A stretch of 42,499 nucleotides of DNA from the NCBI RefSeq assembly GCF_001194135.2, contig NC_068981.1, positions 139,643,337 through 139,685,835 of the forward strand, read 5' to 3'. Below the pieces are notes generated by a model, which searched no databases, was not told the DNA's origin, and saw nothing but the letters and a program-made list of their open reading frames with translations. Of the stretch, positions 1-12,185 are shown piece by piece (within the stretch, counting starts at the first letter, position 1; the number at the start of each line of letters is the position of its first letter). The DNA comes from Octopus bimaculoides. Its lineage: Eukaryota. The position numbers and the translations under genes were made by a program.

Positions 1-310
1 ACCTCCCACACACAGCCCCTCGTTCCCGATCACCGTTTGTTATCTCCCCCTTTCTTAGCTCTCCTGAAATAAGAATTTCTAACTTCCGGTCAGCCATTGT
101 TATGATCGGCCATTATTATGATTGACCGTTGACTGAACACTATTCAATTTTTTTTCTCCGTGTTTTTCTCCTTGTCTCCGTATTCTTTCTGTTGAAGAGC
201 GTAGCTCGAAACGTCAAAGACTTTCCGTATTCCCGAGCGTCATACTAATATATACTTTTGTTATTTACACCACCTGTCCTCGTCTGTTGTTATTTTTTGT
301 ATATTCTCCC
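1..310 (+). mobile_element. 3' part of a Penelope-like terminal repeat (pLTR)-type interspersed repeat, ending at (TA)n; runs off the window's left edge
   Basis: Contains a minimal hammerhead fold at 184-220, a hallmark of PLE pLTRs. Its terminus (262-310) recurs in reverse complement at 6276-6334. Both copies abut (TA)n. Confidence 0.6.
184..220 (+). ncRNA. Minimal type I hammerhead ribozyme motif, non-canonical core CUGUUGA
   Basis: Stem I tcttt(184-188)/aaaga(216-220); core ctgttga 189-195 plus an extra A; stem II gagc-gta-gctc 197-207; GAAAC 208-212; GUC site 213-215; palindromic ACGT stem III. Confidence 0.65.
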
Positions 311-527
311 ATATATATATATATATATATATATGCTATAACTTTTAGCTGTATGAGTGAGCTTCGATCATATTCCCCTTAAAAGAATATGAATACATAT
401 ACGTGTTTGTGTCTGTATGTCTGCCCGTCTTTTGGTGCGTATACGTGCGTGTCTTCGCACGTATCCATATGCAACTTTTATTATAAATTCATTTTTATCA
501 ATTCATTTATTAGATAAGTATATCGGA

Positions 528-532
<5 letters not shown>

Positions 533-591
<59 letters not shown>

Positions 592-600
592 GTCTGTCTT
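533..600. repeat. (TATC)n microsatellite
   Basis: Direct tetranucleotide repeat decaying into (TCTG). Confidence 0.95.
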
Positions 601-989
601 TCTGTCTATTTACGTGGTTTATTACGCGCGCGCGCGTGTATTGTACGTGTATATATGTTTCTGATGGCAGAATATACCTTTAAATAGCATATAACACTTG
701 AATAGCTGTTACATACACAGCACACCCACTCACACGCACGTGAGCGTTCACACATTCACACACACTCATACACACAAATGTACTCTTTAAAGGTGACATT
801 GATGTGCACAATCAAGTGGTTCTGAGTTCTAAGATATTCTGAGTATCTCCAGTTGATGCTATTTTTTATAAACTCGATTCAAACTATTCTTTATGAGTGA
901 AACAGGTAGTCGGTAAATGCATAGGAGCACATCGGCTGGATTTGGCCTCTAATTCGAAAGGTGTAAATTAGTGTCACGTTGATTCTGCT

Positions 990-1258
990 TGAGATTTACA
1001 TAAGCATTCCAAGCAGAATCTGTGTCGTGCTGTGGTTATGGGAACAGCAAAAACCACAGAACGTTATACCATGTTGTGTTCGATTGAAAATGACTGCAGT
1101 AAATACACACCTACCTACTAACTCAGTTTACACTCTGCCATCTATGTATGGCATACATTTTATTCTGTGGTGCATATTCCCGAAAGTACGAGATGGTCAG
1201 TACTGGAAAGGCCGACATCGCATTAAACAACAACAGCAACAACACAACAACAACAATA
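990..1258 (+). mobile_element. Possible decayed 3' end of an R4/Dong-type LINE with (CAA)n tail
   Basis: Translation QNLCRAVVMGTAKT weakly resembles the R4 C-terminal LQK..L.GTA motif; about 200 nt later there is a (CAA)n run at 1227-1257. Confidence 0.3.
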
Positions 1259-1281
1259 TTAAAAGCAACATCAAATTAGAT

Positions 1282-1687
1282 GCAGGCGTGGCGGTGTGTT
1301 AAGAAGTTTGTATCCTAAACACATGGTTCCCGGTTCAAGCTCCATGACGTGGCACCTTGTGTGAATATTTTCTACTATAGCCTCAATCCGACTAAAGTCT
1401 TGTGAGAGGATTTGGTAGACAGAAACTGAAAGAAACCCATCATTTATATGTATGTGTGTATGTATTATGTGTGTGTTTGTCTGTGTGTGTTTGTGTCTGC
1501 TTTAACATCTCCGTAACTTGCTGGTTCTGCAAAAGAGGTTGATAGAATAAATACCAAACTTAAAAAAAGACAAAACAAAAAACATCACTGACAATTACCA
1601 GAGTCAATTCATTCGACTAAACACTCTTGAAGCCTGTGCGTCAGTATGGACGCAATTTAACGATTGAAAGAAATAAAAGGTAAAAGA
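1282..1687 (+). mobile_element. tRNA-derived SINE family A (octopus-type), degenerate, with internal (TG)n
   Basis: Head gcaggcgtggcggtgtgttaag...ggttcaagctcc and tail align by eye with the better-preserved minus-strand copy at 18350-18750. Confidence 0.8.
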
Positions 1688-2031
1688 TTAATAAAAAAAA
1701 GGTATATCCTGTCTAGTCAAGTGTTAGGAAAAACTGCTATTCAGTAACCTCTCAATCCAAAACTCTCATCGCAAAATTTATAACTCCCATTAATCAAATG
1801 AGGTCAAAGATTGACATATTTAGTGGAAAATTAGATAGCAGCATCTCAGTTATTGTCTTCTGATAATTCTAAAGACGTGAATGTTTCGAAAAAATTATAT
1901 TTACCGCCCACACTTAATGGGGTTTCTATTTAGTTAATTTAGATAAGCAACATTTCCCTTATCCAAGCTGACCCAGTGAAGACTAAATATAGCAAGAGTG
2001 AATATGATTTTTCTTAATATTTCAATGAGTG

Positions 2032-2432
2032 TAAGGCGGAGAGCTGGCAGAAACGTTAGTGCGCCGCGCGAAATGCTTAGCGATATTTCGTCTGGCCTTA
2101 CGTTCTGAGTTCAAATTCCGCCGAGGTCGACTTTGCCTTTCATCCTTTCAGTTTCAATAAATTAAGTACCAGTTACGCACTGGGTCCGATGTAATCGACT
2201 TAATCCCTTTGTCTGTCGTTGTTTGTCCCTTCTATGTTTGGCTCGTTGTGGGCAATAAAGAAATAAGAAACGTTAGCACGCCGAGCGAAATGCTTAGCAG
2301 TATTTGGTCTGTCTTTGTCTTTCATCCTCTCGAGGTCGATAAATTAAGTACCAGTTTTGTACTGGGGCCAATCGACTGCCCCTTCCCCCCAAACCCCCCA
2401 AATTTCGGGCCCTTGTGCCTAGAGTAGAAAAG
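2032..2432 (+). mobile_element. SINE family B dimer (full-length unit plus 5'-truncated unit) flanked by a 16-bp TSD
   Basis: Family B core gagctggcagaaacgttag...gttctgagttcaaattccgccgaggtcgactttgcc; exact repeat aatatttcaatgagtg at 2016-2031 and 2433-2448. Confidence 0.85.
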
Positions 2433-2450
2433 AATATTTCAATGAGTGCC

Positions 2451-2670
2451 AAGGCAGCGAGTTGGTAGAGTCGTTAGGACTCCTGGAAAAAGTGCTTAGC
2501 GGCGTTTCGTTCGTTATTACGTTCTGAGTTCACATTCTGTCGAGGTTGACTTTGCCTTTCGAGATAATTCCAAGGTCAATAAAATAAGAATCAGTTGAAC
2601 ACTGAGAGCGATGTAATCGACTTAGCACTTATCTCAAAATTGCTACCCTTGTGTCAAAATTTTAACAATA
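2451..2670 (+). mobile_element. SINE family B, older copy
   Basis: Same core motifs with more substitutions; tail ttgtgtcaaaattttaac. Confidence 0.8.
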
Positions 2671-2964
2671 ATTTATTCGAAGTTTAGCGATCTGTTTTAA
2701 TTCTGCTTTTAACGCATTAATGAGAATTTTGAAAACGATTTTGTTGCTATTTCTAGCAGGTGGAACGCCTCTCTGGAGGATCATTGTTGAAACACTTGGT
2801 GTTGCTTTGTAACCCTAAGTTTGGTTTGGCATAGTTATGGTTACTCACGTAGATCTTTTTAACTCGTTAACTGCTGCATACCAATTGTCTCCCCTATTCT
2901 GATGCTTTACTCCTTGCAGGTATTCGCCGTCGTAGATTCTATCTATCTATCTATCTATCTATCT

Positions 2965-4400
2965 TACATCGCGTCCGTCATCTACTATCGCCTGACCGTC
3001 GTGCCTTGTCCCGACCCTACCATCACCAAACTGGAGCGCATCCTCTTCCGCTTCTTGTGGAAAGGAAGCGTTCCGATGGTTACGCGATCCGTTTGCTGCC
3101 AACACCCGTTAAAAGGAGGACTGGGCATGCCGTGGTTGATGATGCGCAGACACGCGCTGAGACTGCGACATCTCCGGCTCTACGTAGACAACGGTGAACA
3201 GGTGTGGTCGCCGTTTGTGCGGCGCGCTTTCCCGCAGCTCGTCTCCATGACCGAACTGCAGTCGTGGATCANNNNNNNNNNNNNNNNNNNNNNNNNNNNN
3301 NNNNNNNNNNNNNNNNNNNNNNNNNNNNNNNNNNNNNNNNNNNNNNNNNNNNNNNNNNNNNNNNNNNNNNNNNNNNNNNNNNNNNNNNNNNNNNNNNNNN
3401 NNNNNNNNNNNNNNNNNNNNNNNNNNNNNNNNNNNNNNNNNNNNNNNNNNNNNNNNNNNNNNNNNNNNNNNNNNNNNNNNNNNNNNNNNNNNNNNNNNNN
3501 NNNNNNNNNNNNNNNNNNNNNNNNNNNNNNNNNNNNNNNNNNNNNNNNNNNNNNNNNNNNNNNNNNNNNNNNNNNNNNNNNNNNNNNNNNNNNNNNNNNN
3601 NNNNNNNNNNNNNNNNNNNNNNNNNNNNNNNNNNNNNNNNNNNNNNNNNNNNNNNNNNNNNNNNNNNNNNNNNNNNNNNNNNNNNNNNNNNNNNNNNNNN
3701 NNNNNNNNNNNNNNNNNNNNNNNNNNNNNNNNNNNNNNNNNNNNNNNNNNNNNNNNNNNNNNNNNNNNNNNNNNNNNNNNNNNNNNNNNNNNNNNNNNNN
3801 NNNNNNNNNNNNNNNNNNNNNNNNNNNNNNNNNNNNNNNNNNNNNNNNNNNNNNNNNNNNNNNNNNNNNNNNNNNNNNNNNNNNNNNNNNNNNNNNNNNN
3901 NNNNNNNNNNNNNNNNNNNNNNNNNNNNNNNNNNNNNNNNNNNNNNNNNNNNNNNNNNNNNNNNNNNNNNNNNNNNNNNNNNNNNNNNNNNNNNNNNNNN
4001 NNNNNNNNNNNNNNNNNNNNNNNNNNNNNNNNNNNNNNNNNNNNNNNNNNNNNNNNNNNNNNNNNNNNNNNNNNNNNNNNNNNNNNNNNNNNNNNNNNNN
4101 NNNNNNNNNNNNNNNNNNNNNNNNNNNNNNNNNNNNNNNNNNNNNNNNNNNNNNNNNNNNNNNNNNNNNNNNNNNNNNNNNNNNNNNNNNNNNNNNNNNN
4201 NNNNNNNNNNNNNNNNNNNNNNNNNNNNNNNNNNNNNNNNNNNNNNNNNNNNNNNCTTTTGATCGAACTACCCCCTTTTCCTTCCTACGTTCCCTTTTGA
4301 TCGACCCCCCCTTTTTTTTTCTTCCTCCTCCCAAAAAGAAAAGCTCTACATTGTATTTGTCCCATCTTCGTTGAGCCCTGTGTGGCTAATAAAAGAAATG
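2965..4400 (+). mobile_element. 5'-truncated Tx1/L1-clade LINE (RT thumb, gap, 3' UTR) inserted in (TATC)n
   Basis: Open frame YIASVIYYRLTVVPCP...LFRFLWKG...HPLKGGLGMPWL matches the L1/Tx1 post-RT FLW..GGLG motif. GC/CpG-rich relative to flanks. Pyrimidine-rich 3' UTR with AATAAA at 4388-4393. (TATC)n at 2938-2964 and 4401-4441. The interior 3272-4255 is an N gap, so continuity is inferred. Confidence 0.8.
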
Positions 4401-4442
<42 letters not shown>

Positions 4443-4974
4443 CATACGTAAGTAACTTACTAACTAACTACCTGTCTGTTTGCTTGTTTATCTATCTATC
4501 TGTCTGTCTGTCTGACTGTCTGTCGTTCTCAGTCCTGTACATTAGCTTACCTATTATTGTGGTCACGTTGAATCGAAAACGTGATTTCTAACTGTGTAAC
4601 CACAATTATTCTGCGGCTTATGTTTACATGTCTTGCTTTGTAAATAGTGTCAAAGTAATTCTCTTGGACCGAACTATAACATTTTTCAGCAGTATGATAG
4701 CTGGTATCTTGAGTGGTTTTAGTCTCGAGTGTTTGTATTCTTTGTATGTAATTTTTCCTACTACTGGAAAGTTAGTAAACATACATTCTCCGCCTTGTTT
4801 GGAGATGTTGCCAACAGTGTTATTTTCCGTTAAGATCTCTTTGAACTGTATCGATGACCAAATATCTCACCTCTCTTTGTTGTGTTTGTTTTTTCTAATT
4901 ATCTAGTGATCTCGTGAATTATTTTTTACTTCAGGAATTTTGCGTCCGAATACTTTTGTTTTATGGACATATAT

Positions 4975-5070
4975 TGGTTTCAAATTTCGGCACAAGGCCA
5001 GTAATTTCGGGGGAAGGGGTGAGTTGATTACATCGACTCCAGTGTTCAGATGGTGCTTATTTTAACGACA
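4975..5070 (-). mobile_element. SINE family B 3' fragment
   Basis: Reverse complement reads ...ctggagtcgatgtaatcaac...ggccttgtgccgaaatttgaaacca, the family B tail. Confidence 0.7.
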
Positions 5071-5894
5071 ACTCATGGACATATACTGGAGTGAATTCCC
5101 TTTCAGTTCGGGAGAATAGAAGAGATCCTTTTTATAATTTTATCACCGTTTCAGTTTAAATTTAATATTTAAATGGAGTTAGCTTTGAGGAATCATCATT
5201 AATTTATTTTGTCATTGCGAACAAGCATTGTCACAATGTTGTATTTATTGATCAAGTCATTCAGAGTTTTCTTGCATTTCACCTTTGTCTACTTCTATGT
5301 GATTACCTCTTGTTACATGTAACTCGGAGTAAATTTTGAACTTTAACAACTACAATTATAAGCTTATCTCTGAAAACCTCTACGGATGGAGTGAAATAGT
5401 GTGAGTTCTACTTTTTCAGGTTTGTTTATTTTTTCCCCCTCTAAATGTAAGTTGCTACGGCGGTGGGGAAGCATAATTTTAGCATGTCTTAGTTTATGTT
5501 GAGAGGTAGGCTCATTTTCCATTGTAGAGATTGCCTAGTTAATTGCTTTATCTAATTACTAATAACAGAAAAAATATGGAGAGCTGAACAAACGCACGCG
5601 CACGCACACATATACATAGATATAAATATTAATAATTTGTAAATAAATATTAATGGGGGAGCTCGAATTGGAAAGTTCTAAATAACAGCCTGTAGTTGGT
5701 TATCCCCACCTCATATGGCAACAAAAAAAGACCGGAAGCTACTAGCAGGACGCGAGCCAATAATATATATATATATANNNNNNNNNNNNNNNNNNNNNNN
5801 NNNNNNNNNNNNNNNNNNNNNNNNNNNNNNNNNNNNNNNNNNNNNNNNNNNNNNNNNNNNNNNNNNNNNNNNNNNNNNNNNNNNNNNNNNNNNN

Positions 5895-6068
5895 TTAAAG
5901 TCAAAATAAGCAACAAGGATATCCAAAGTTAATGTAGTACGATCGTTTCATGCGACTCCATTTAATTAAGCAATGTTCACATGTGAACATTGCTTAATCA
6001 AATGGAGTCGCATGAAACGACCGTATTGCATAAACTTTGGATATCCTTGTTGCTTATTTTGACTTTAA
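5895..6068. repeat. Loopless inverted repeat (palindrome), 87-bp arms, 5 mismatches; possible fold-back element or MITE
   Basis: 5895-5981 is the reverse complement of 5982-6068 (centre ttcaca|tgtgaa). The left arm abuts the N gap at 5778-5894. Confidence 0.95.
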
Positions 6069-6146
6069 ACACCTTATTTTGAAACTGTATGGATAATAGC
6101 ATATTTTAATTCTGGTGCCTAAACTTAAGTACCATATTCACCTTAA

Positions 6147-6334
<188 letters not shown>

Positions 6335-6827
6335 TATATATACACACAAATGTCTATCTATTGAAAGATATGTATGTATGTATGTATGTATGTATCTATC
6401 AATCTATCTATCTATCTATCCATCTATCTATTTATACATAAATATTTATATAATAATCTGCTTGTTCGTTCGCCCGTTACACATTAGTTAGAGAGGTCGA
6501 GGTGGAGTAAGTGTGAGAGGAAGAGTGAGAGTGAGAGATGGAGGGGTGAAGAAAGAAGTGAAGGAGAAGTAGAGAAAGGTGAGTAATTATTAATACACTA
6601 TAGTTAAATGTGTCACGTGGTCAGCTGAAGAGAGGATGAAAAGTGAGAGGAAAAGACGGCGATAGTAAAAGAGGGAGAGAGAAGTGTTAATGACGTTCGA
6701 ATGATTTTTGCGTGGTTAAAAAGTTAGCTGAAGGGAATGGTGAAGAGAAAGTGATATTTAGGAGAGGGTGACAATCTGGCGGTGAGAAAAGCAGATAGTG
6801 AGAGATGAACAGAAGAGGCAGATATAT

Positions 6828-6828
6828 T

Positions 6829-6908
<80 letters not shown>
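6828..6908. repeat. (GA)n microsatellite plus G run
   Basis: Direct inspection. Confidence 0.95.
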
Positions 6909-6909
<1 letters not shown>

Positions 6910-7899
6910 CGTGGAAGCGACAGATAGCGTTTGCATTGTCATCATCTCACAAACAGCTGAAATTATTTTTGTTACTGAAAATTATAATGATGATGATGAT
7001 AGTAGTAGTGGTGGTGATAGTGAAAAGTATTTTTCTTATTGAACTCATTTTTTCATATCGACCATTTTTTCATGCGACCATTTTTTTCATGCGTATAAGT
7101 GCAATTATTTATCGTTTGCTTACTTAAAAAAAATTAATAGCAATGTTTTATAAGGTTTAATTTAGCCTAAATTATGGATTCACAAGAAACACGGTTGCAA
7201 CCTTCCCGAGAAAGAATGTGCAGATATGGAGCACGGATCTGAGAGGAACAGGGAGATATAATAAAAATAGAAAAATGGCGACACTGAGGGAGAAGTGAGA
7301 AAATGAATGTAGACGAACATCTAGTACATTTAAAGAAAGCTAAACTATGAATGCTATAAAAATGCAAAGCATCCTTTCTTTCTTGAATAGGCCCTCTTAA
7401 TTTTTTCATTCAGTGGAATTTACACAGGTTCCACTTGTATATATGATTTTATAGTTTACTGTTCAATTATTAGTAATTTCGACCAAAAAATATTCCACCC
7501 AGTGAGAGATATCATTGAATATATTAAATATTTAAATACCAGCTGCTATTAGTTTCATGCTGTTGAAATACAATAATTCGCCACATTTGTATATCATGTC
7601 TTGTGTTTCCAAATAATCCTTCAGGCTTCAATACATTACATTGCTAGTCTAACTTGAAAATCGAGGAAGGACGTTGGTCTATGAGAAAACACGAGAGACG
7701 GTGAATGCAAATGACGGAACGTGAAAAAGCACATCGAGAAGACAAAAGGTAAATATAAACGGATATAGAAAGGAAATAAAACTAAAGCTGGGCGCCCCAC
7801 CACCTTTCTCTGTTGAATTCATAGTTAACATAGCAGGTGCAGAATAATTTAACGAAGGCCAAAGTCTGTGAGACAGCTTGTGGAATCCGAAATGGGGGA

Positions 7900-8705
7900 T
7901 GTCCTCCAGTTCGCCAAAAGAAATTTGTTCATGTGCATACATTTGCTAAAACTTTCGGATCTGCAATTAATTTGTGCGGTGGAAGTCCTGGATCTAAAAA
8001 GAATGTGAAATCTTCAGCTGCAATATAGATTGAACCTCTTTCCATTTACATATGACGGAGATTTCCTCACAAAGCTCCGATTAATTGTAAGTGGTATGCA
8101 GTTGGTTTTCAGATCCCGTATATGGCAAGCCTACTTTGTGGTTTTATTGTTGTCTCTGTGTCGGAAGGTAGACTGGGGGTTTGCGTGTCTTCTGTTAAAA
8201 ATCGTCTTTGCATAAACAGACGTAATTATTCTTTTGTGTTTCCTTATTTTGGAGCCCTATTGTGATTTCAGCCTCTTAAACTGTGGTTATTAAGATTGCC
8301 TGATCGAGTGGGCAAGCTTCAGGGTCTCGACAATTACAACTGAGAGTGGGTTCTTGGTGTGGCTTGCGATTGATAGTGTTTTGTATTGGGGCAGCAGCTG
8401 TATGAAATTTTTATCGAACGTCTAATAAGAATTTTCCCGTTATTACGGTTTACAGCGAAATGCCTATCTAATAATGCCAGATATTTCTGCCTATATTGGT
8501 TTTAACATTCAAACAGAATGGTGGGGGCGAATCATATTATTTTCATGGGTCTATTTTTAGGTTTCATATTTTCAATTGAAGGGATGTATTATATGTTATC
8601 TTTGAAGCCGCCGTTAGCCAAGGCATTAGGACTACCCTATCAAATATTTCCTTAGAAGAGGAAAGATTAGATATCCGATTACTGATATTTGCATCAGGTT
8701 TTTAA
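7900..8705 (-). mobile_element. Degenerate Penelope-like element: RT thumb plus C-terminal endonuclease
   Basis: Frameshifted minus-strand translation: ANISNRISNLSSSKEIFD / NALANGGFKDNI / KII*FAPPFCLNVKTNIGRKYLALLDRHF / IKISYSCCPN / CNCRDPEACPLD (8338-8303) / NYVCLC..DF / STFRH / NCRSESFSKCMHMNKFLL. Confidence 0.85.
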
Positions 8706-9304
8706 ACACTGTAGCGGTAATTGGTGTGTGTGCATGCGTATAAATGCGTGTGTACATGTGTATGAATGGGTGTGTACTTGTGTGGCTAATTGGTTTATTG
8801 ATATCGTTTTATTTATTTGCTGAATTTCTGCTGGTATCCTTTCTATATCCCGCGTTGATAAAGGTATTTGAGTTTGTTCAGTTTATTCTAGATTTCAGCG
8901 TATGTATATTTTTTGTTATCTTTATCATGCATTTTTATGGTTTGATATACGAGGAAACAACTTTTGATATCGTTATATTTGAAACTTAACTGAATTTTAT
9001 CGTTTTTGTTTTTTAGAATTTCTTTGGCACGATAATATTCAATGTACATCAACGAAAATATGGCAAATGACTGGTAAAAAGCATATAAATATTGGATAAT
9101 GTCGCGTTTTCAATATGAGGTTTGCAAAAGAATAGTCCCTCTCTTCTCTATCCATCTATTCATTCATGCAAGCATATGCGTGTGTGTGTTTATATATATG
9201 TGGAAAGCATAAAATATTCTAAAGCTTTCTATAAATTCACAAAGGAAACAGTCACAAGCATATGTGTGTGTGTGTTTATACATATGGAAACAATCATAAT
9301 ACAA

Positions 9305-10225
9305 TTGAAAATAGTAGGACAATTGTTCCAAGGGAATGACTCACTGCCCGCAGACCCAGGAAGGATAAGTGAAATACTCAGTGAACAATTTAAAAGTGTC
9401 TTCACTTCCCCGCTTGGACACATGCAGATAAAGAATCAGGCTGAATTCTTTAATACTGCAGTTCTAAAAAAGGAGGCGTCAGCCATCGATTACATCAGCA
9501 TAGAGGAGACAGATGTAACAGCGACCGTAGTTACCAGTTCAGATACTTTTCCAGAGTTTCCATGCAAGTAATAAACTTCATAAAAAGCTGAAAGAAGGCA
9601 TTATATGCCCCATCCACAAAAGTGGAAACGGGGCAGAGGCCAAAAACTACAGGCCAATATCTCTGACTTCACATATCAGTAAAGTCATGGAGGGAATCAT
9701 CAGAAAGAAGTTGATAACGTTCTCAGAAGAAAATGATTTATTGAACAATGCACAGCATGTCTTCTGTCCAGGGAGAAGCAGCCTCACACAACTCCTACAG
9801 CGCTATTACTGGGTTTTGAAACAACTGCTTGACCATTCGGATGTCAGCGTGATATACCTTCAATTTGCGAAAGGCATTTGATAAGGTAGACTATGGCGAA
9901 TGTCATCAGCTACGAGACCCTGGCATTGCTGGTAAACTGGGAGAGTGGCTATATGACTTCCTTAAAGACAGGTAGTTGAAGCCAATAGTGCCCTTTCTGA
10001 GGAAACTCAAATCCTAAGTGGCTTCCCACAGGGAATTGTCCTGGGGCCATTAATCTTTATAACAGCCCTCTTAGACATGCCCACAGTCACTGGGACAGCC
10101 ACTGTCTGACAGTTATGCCGATGATACAAAATTATCACAGGCAATAAAAGATCAAGATGACGTCGCAAGCTTACAACGGGACCTGAATGTTATAATCAAT
10201 GAAAGGGACGATTGAACGCAGAAAA
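9305..10225 (+). mobile_element. CR1/L2-group LINE reverse transcriptase fragment (pseudogenised)
   Basis: EILSEQFKSVFT; PIHKSG...NYRPISLTSHISKVMEGII; QH.F..GRS.LTQLL; AKAFDKVD; SGFPQGIVLGP; YADDTK; LQRDL. Frameshifts and an internal deletion are present. Confidence 0.9.
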
Positions 10226-10467
10226 AACATTAAAGTATGATATTACTGCACGTAGATATTTGGACATGTTTCACTTAATCCTTGGAAAATGCATGAAATA
10301 TAAACATCAGAGTAACGATTCAGAGAGCGTCATCTCTCTAATAAAATACATATATTTTATGCATTCAATAGTCATTTTCCAGTTCTTTTTGTTTCATACA
10401 CAATTCATATTTTGACACACATTTGTGCACACATACGTCGCATACACACACTTGAACACAAGCACTA

Positions 10468-10725
<258 letters not shown>

Positions 10726-11617
10726 AATGTGTCAACAACAAGCATAAATGTGCAGTTGATAACTCAATTACAAACTTTTCGCGAATTAGCAATCTCAGCA
10801 TGTAACCAAATCTTTACAGATGTATCTACAAACTACACAGAAGCCGTGACCTACGATGTTAATTCCATTGTAAATCTAAATCCGATGTCTGAAATATATG
10901 CTCTCCTCGGATCAATTTCAACATAAATTTGTCTGATATAGAAGACATGCCACTGTCCGGAATCTCATATAGCAAGTTTCACATGAGTTGTAGTTCGTAC
11001 GCGTCAGGTCAAATCCCAATACCCTGTTTTAAAAATCGATATCATCAAGGAACTTTATGAAGACTTATATTGCTATTGTTGTTGTTGTTTATCCATAGTC
11101 CAGTCATAATGGAGCAAGACTATGACATAAATCATTCCATCTGGGATCAACTGTTTGTATTTCAATATCAGAGCTTTCATTGTCCATTGTGTTCATATTT
11201 ATTGGAGATGGTTGTATATGATTAAAATGAGAATTGACTACTACTTCTAAGAGATCGAATGATTGCATGGTGTCGGATTCATGTTGTTATTATTTAGCTT
11301 CAGGGTCGCCCAGGTAAGGTACGCCTCTGACTAAAGTGAACTAATGGGGAAGTTTTTTTTTTCAAATAGTCGGAAAAGCAAACCTCGAGTTAGTGACCAG
11401 TTGCAGAGAATCCATACACCTGTCCAGTATAACTGCATGGTATTTGGTGTCGCATTTCAGTCAACTCTCAAGACATCTAGAGAGATAAATAATCTTGAAG
11501 AATATTTTCAATAGAAATATGCAGTTCTTTATACTGCATACTCGACAAGAACCTATTGAAATAAACTCATTATATATGAAATAATTTTAGTATTACTCTA
11601 TTGTAATTTAAAAAATT

Positions 11618-12185
11618 ATTATTATTATTATTATTATTGAGTAAGAGAGCAGTGAATACCGTCAAAGTGACACTGGGGTAAAATATACAAAGTCCATTAT
11701 ACTCATCATGACTACCCGTCTGATAAGAGTACACCAGGCACATGCATTACAATCATATGTGCGTGATATGGTGATCTCATATCAAGATAAACAGCGCATG
11801 ACCTCGAAGGTGGGGCCCAGTTAGAATTTTCTTCAGGTCGAGTAGCCCATCCCACTCAAAAGGTCCCTGAATAAGGTTTGTTTAAGGATGTTGAGCAAAA
11901 GACCCATGTTTCCAAAGGTGAATTATTCAAACCCCAAAGAATTCCTCTCAACACATGGCTATGATGCTCCCCCACTACTTCTGCTCATGATCAGAGATGC
12001 ACATATCGTCAGCCACCAAGGGACATGCTCAACTTGTTACGGTAAAACAACTTACAAGCAAATCTGTGGTATTAAGCAGAATATTTGCTGTAGCCCATCT
12101 TTTTATACCAAGACAAAACAACGTACATGATAACACTTCCAATCAATTAAGATCAGAAGCCATGAGAGCCACTGCCTGGTACTGC
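11618..12185 (-). mobile_element. Unclassified non-coding interspersed repeat with (TAA)n 3' tail (SINE or LINE-UTR-like)
   Basis: Abrupt change to balanced, complex sequence ending (minus strand) in (AAT)n at 11618-11639. It resembles a repeat recalled from octopus DNA, but there is only one copy here, so repetitiveness is not shown by the window. Confidence 0.4.

Noticed and set aside
4560-4960. Minus-strand peptide CYSSVQENYFDTIYKARH, vaguely like KRBA2/Ginger integrase N-termini
   Set aside because: The similarity is too weak, and there are many stops and no catalytic motifs.
7585-7635. Possible decayed hammerhead (cctgaagga...ggaaac, minus strand) downstream of the PLE endonuclease
   Set aside because: The position is plausible for a pLTR, but stems I and II do not pair.
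11290-11320. Micro-exon-like ttatttagcttcag-GGTCGCCCAG-gtaagg
   Set aside because: Splice-like motifs occur by chance at this frequency; there is no partner exon or homology.
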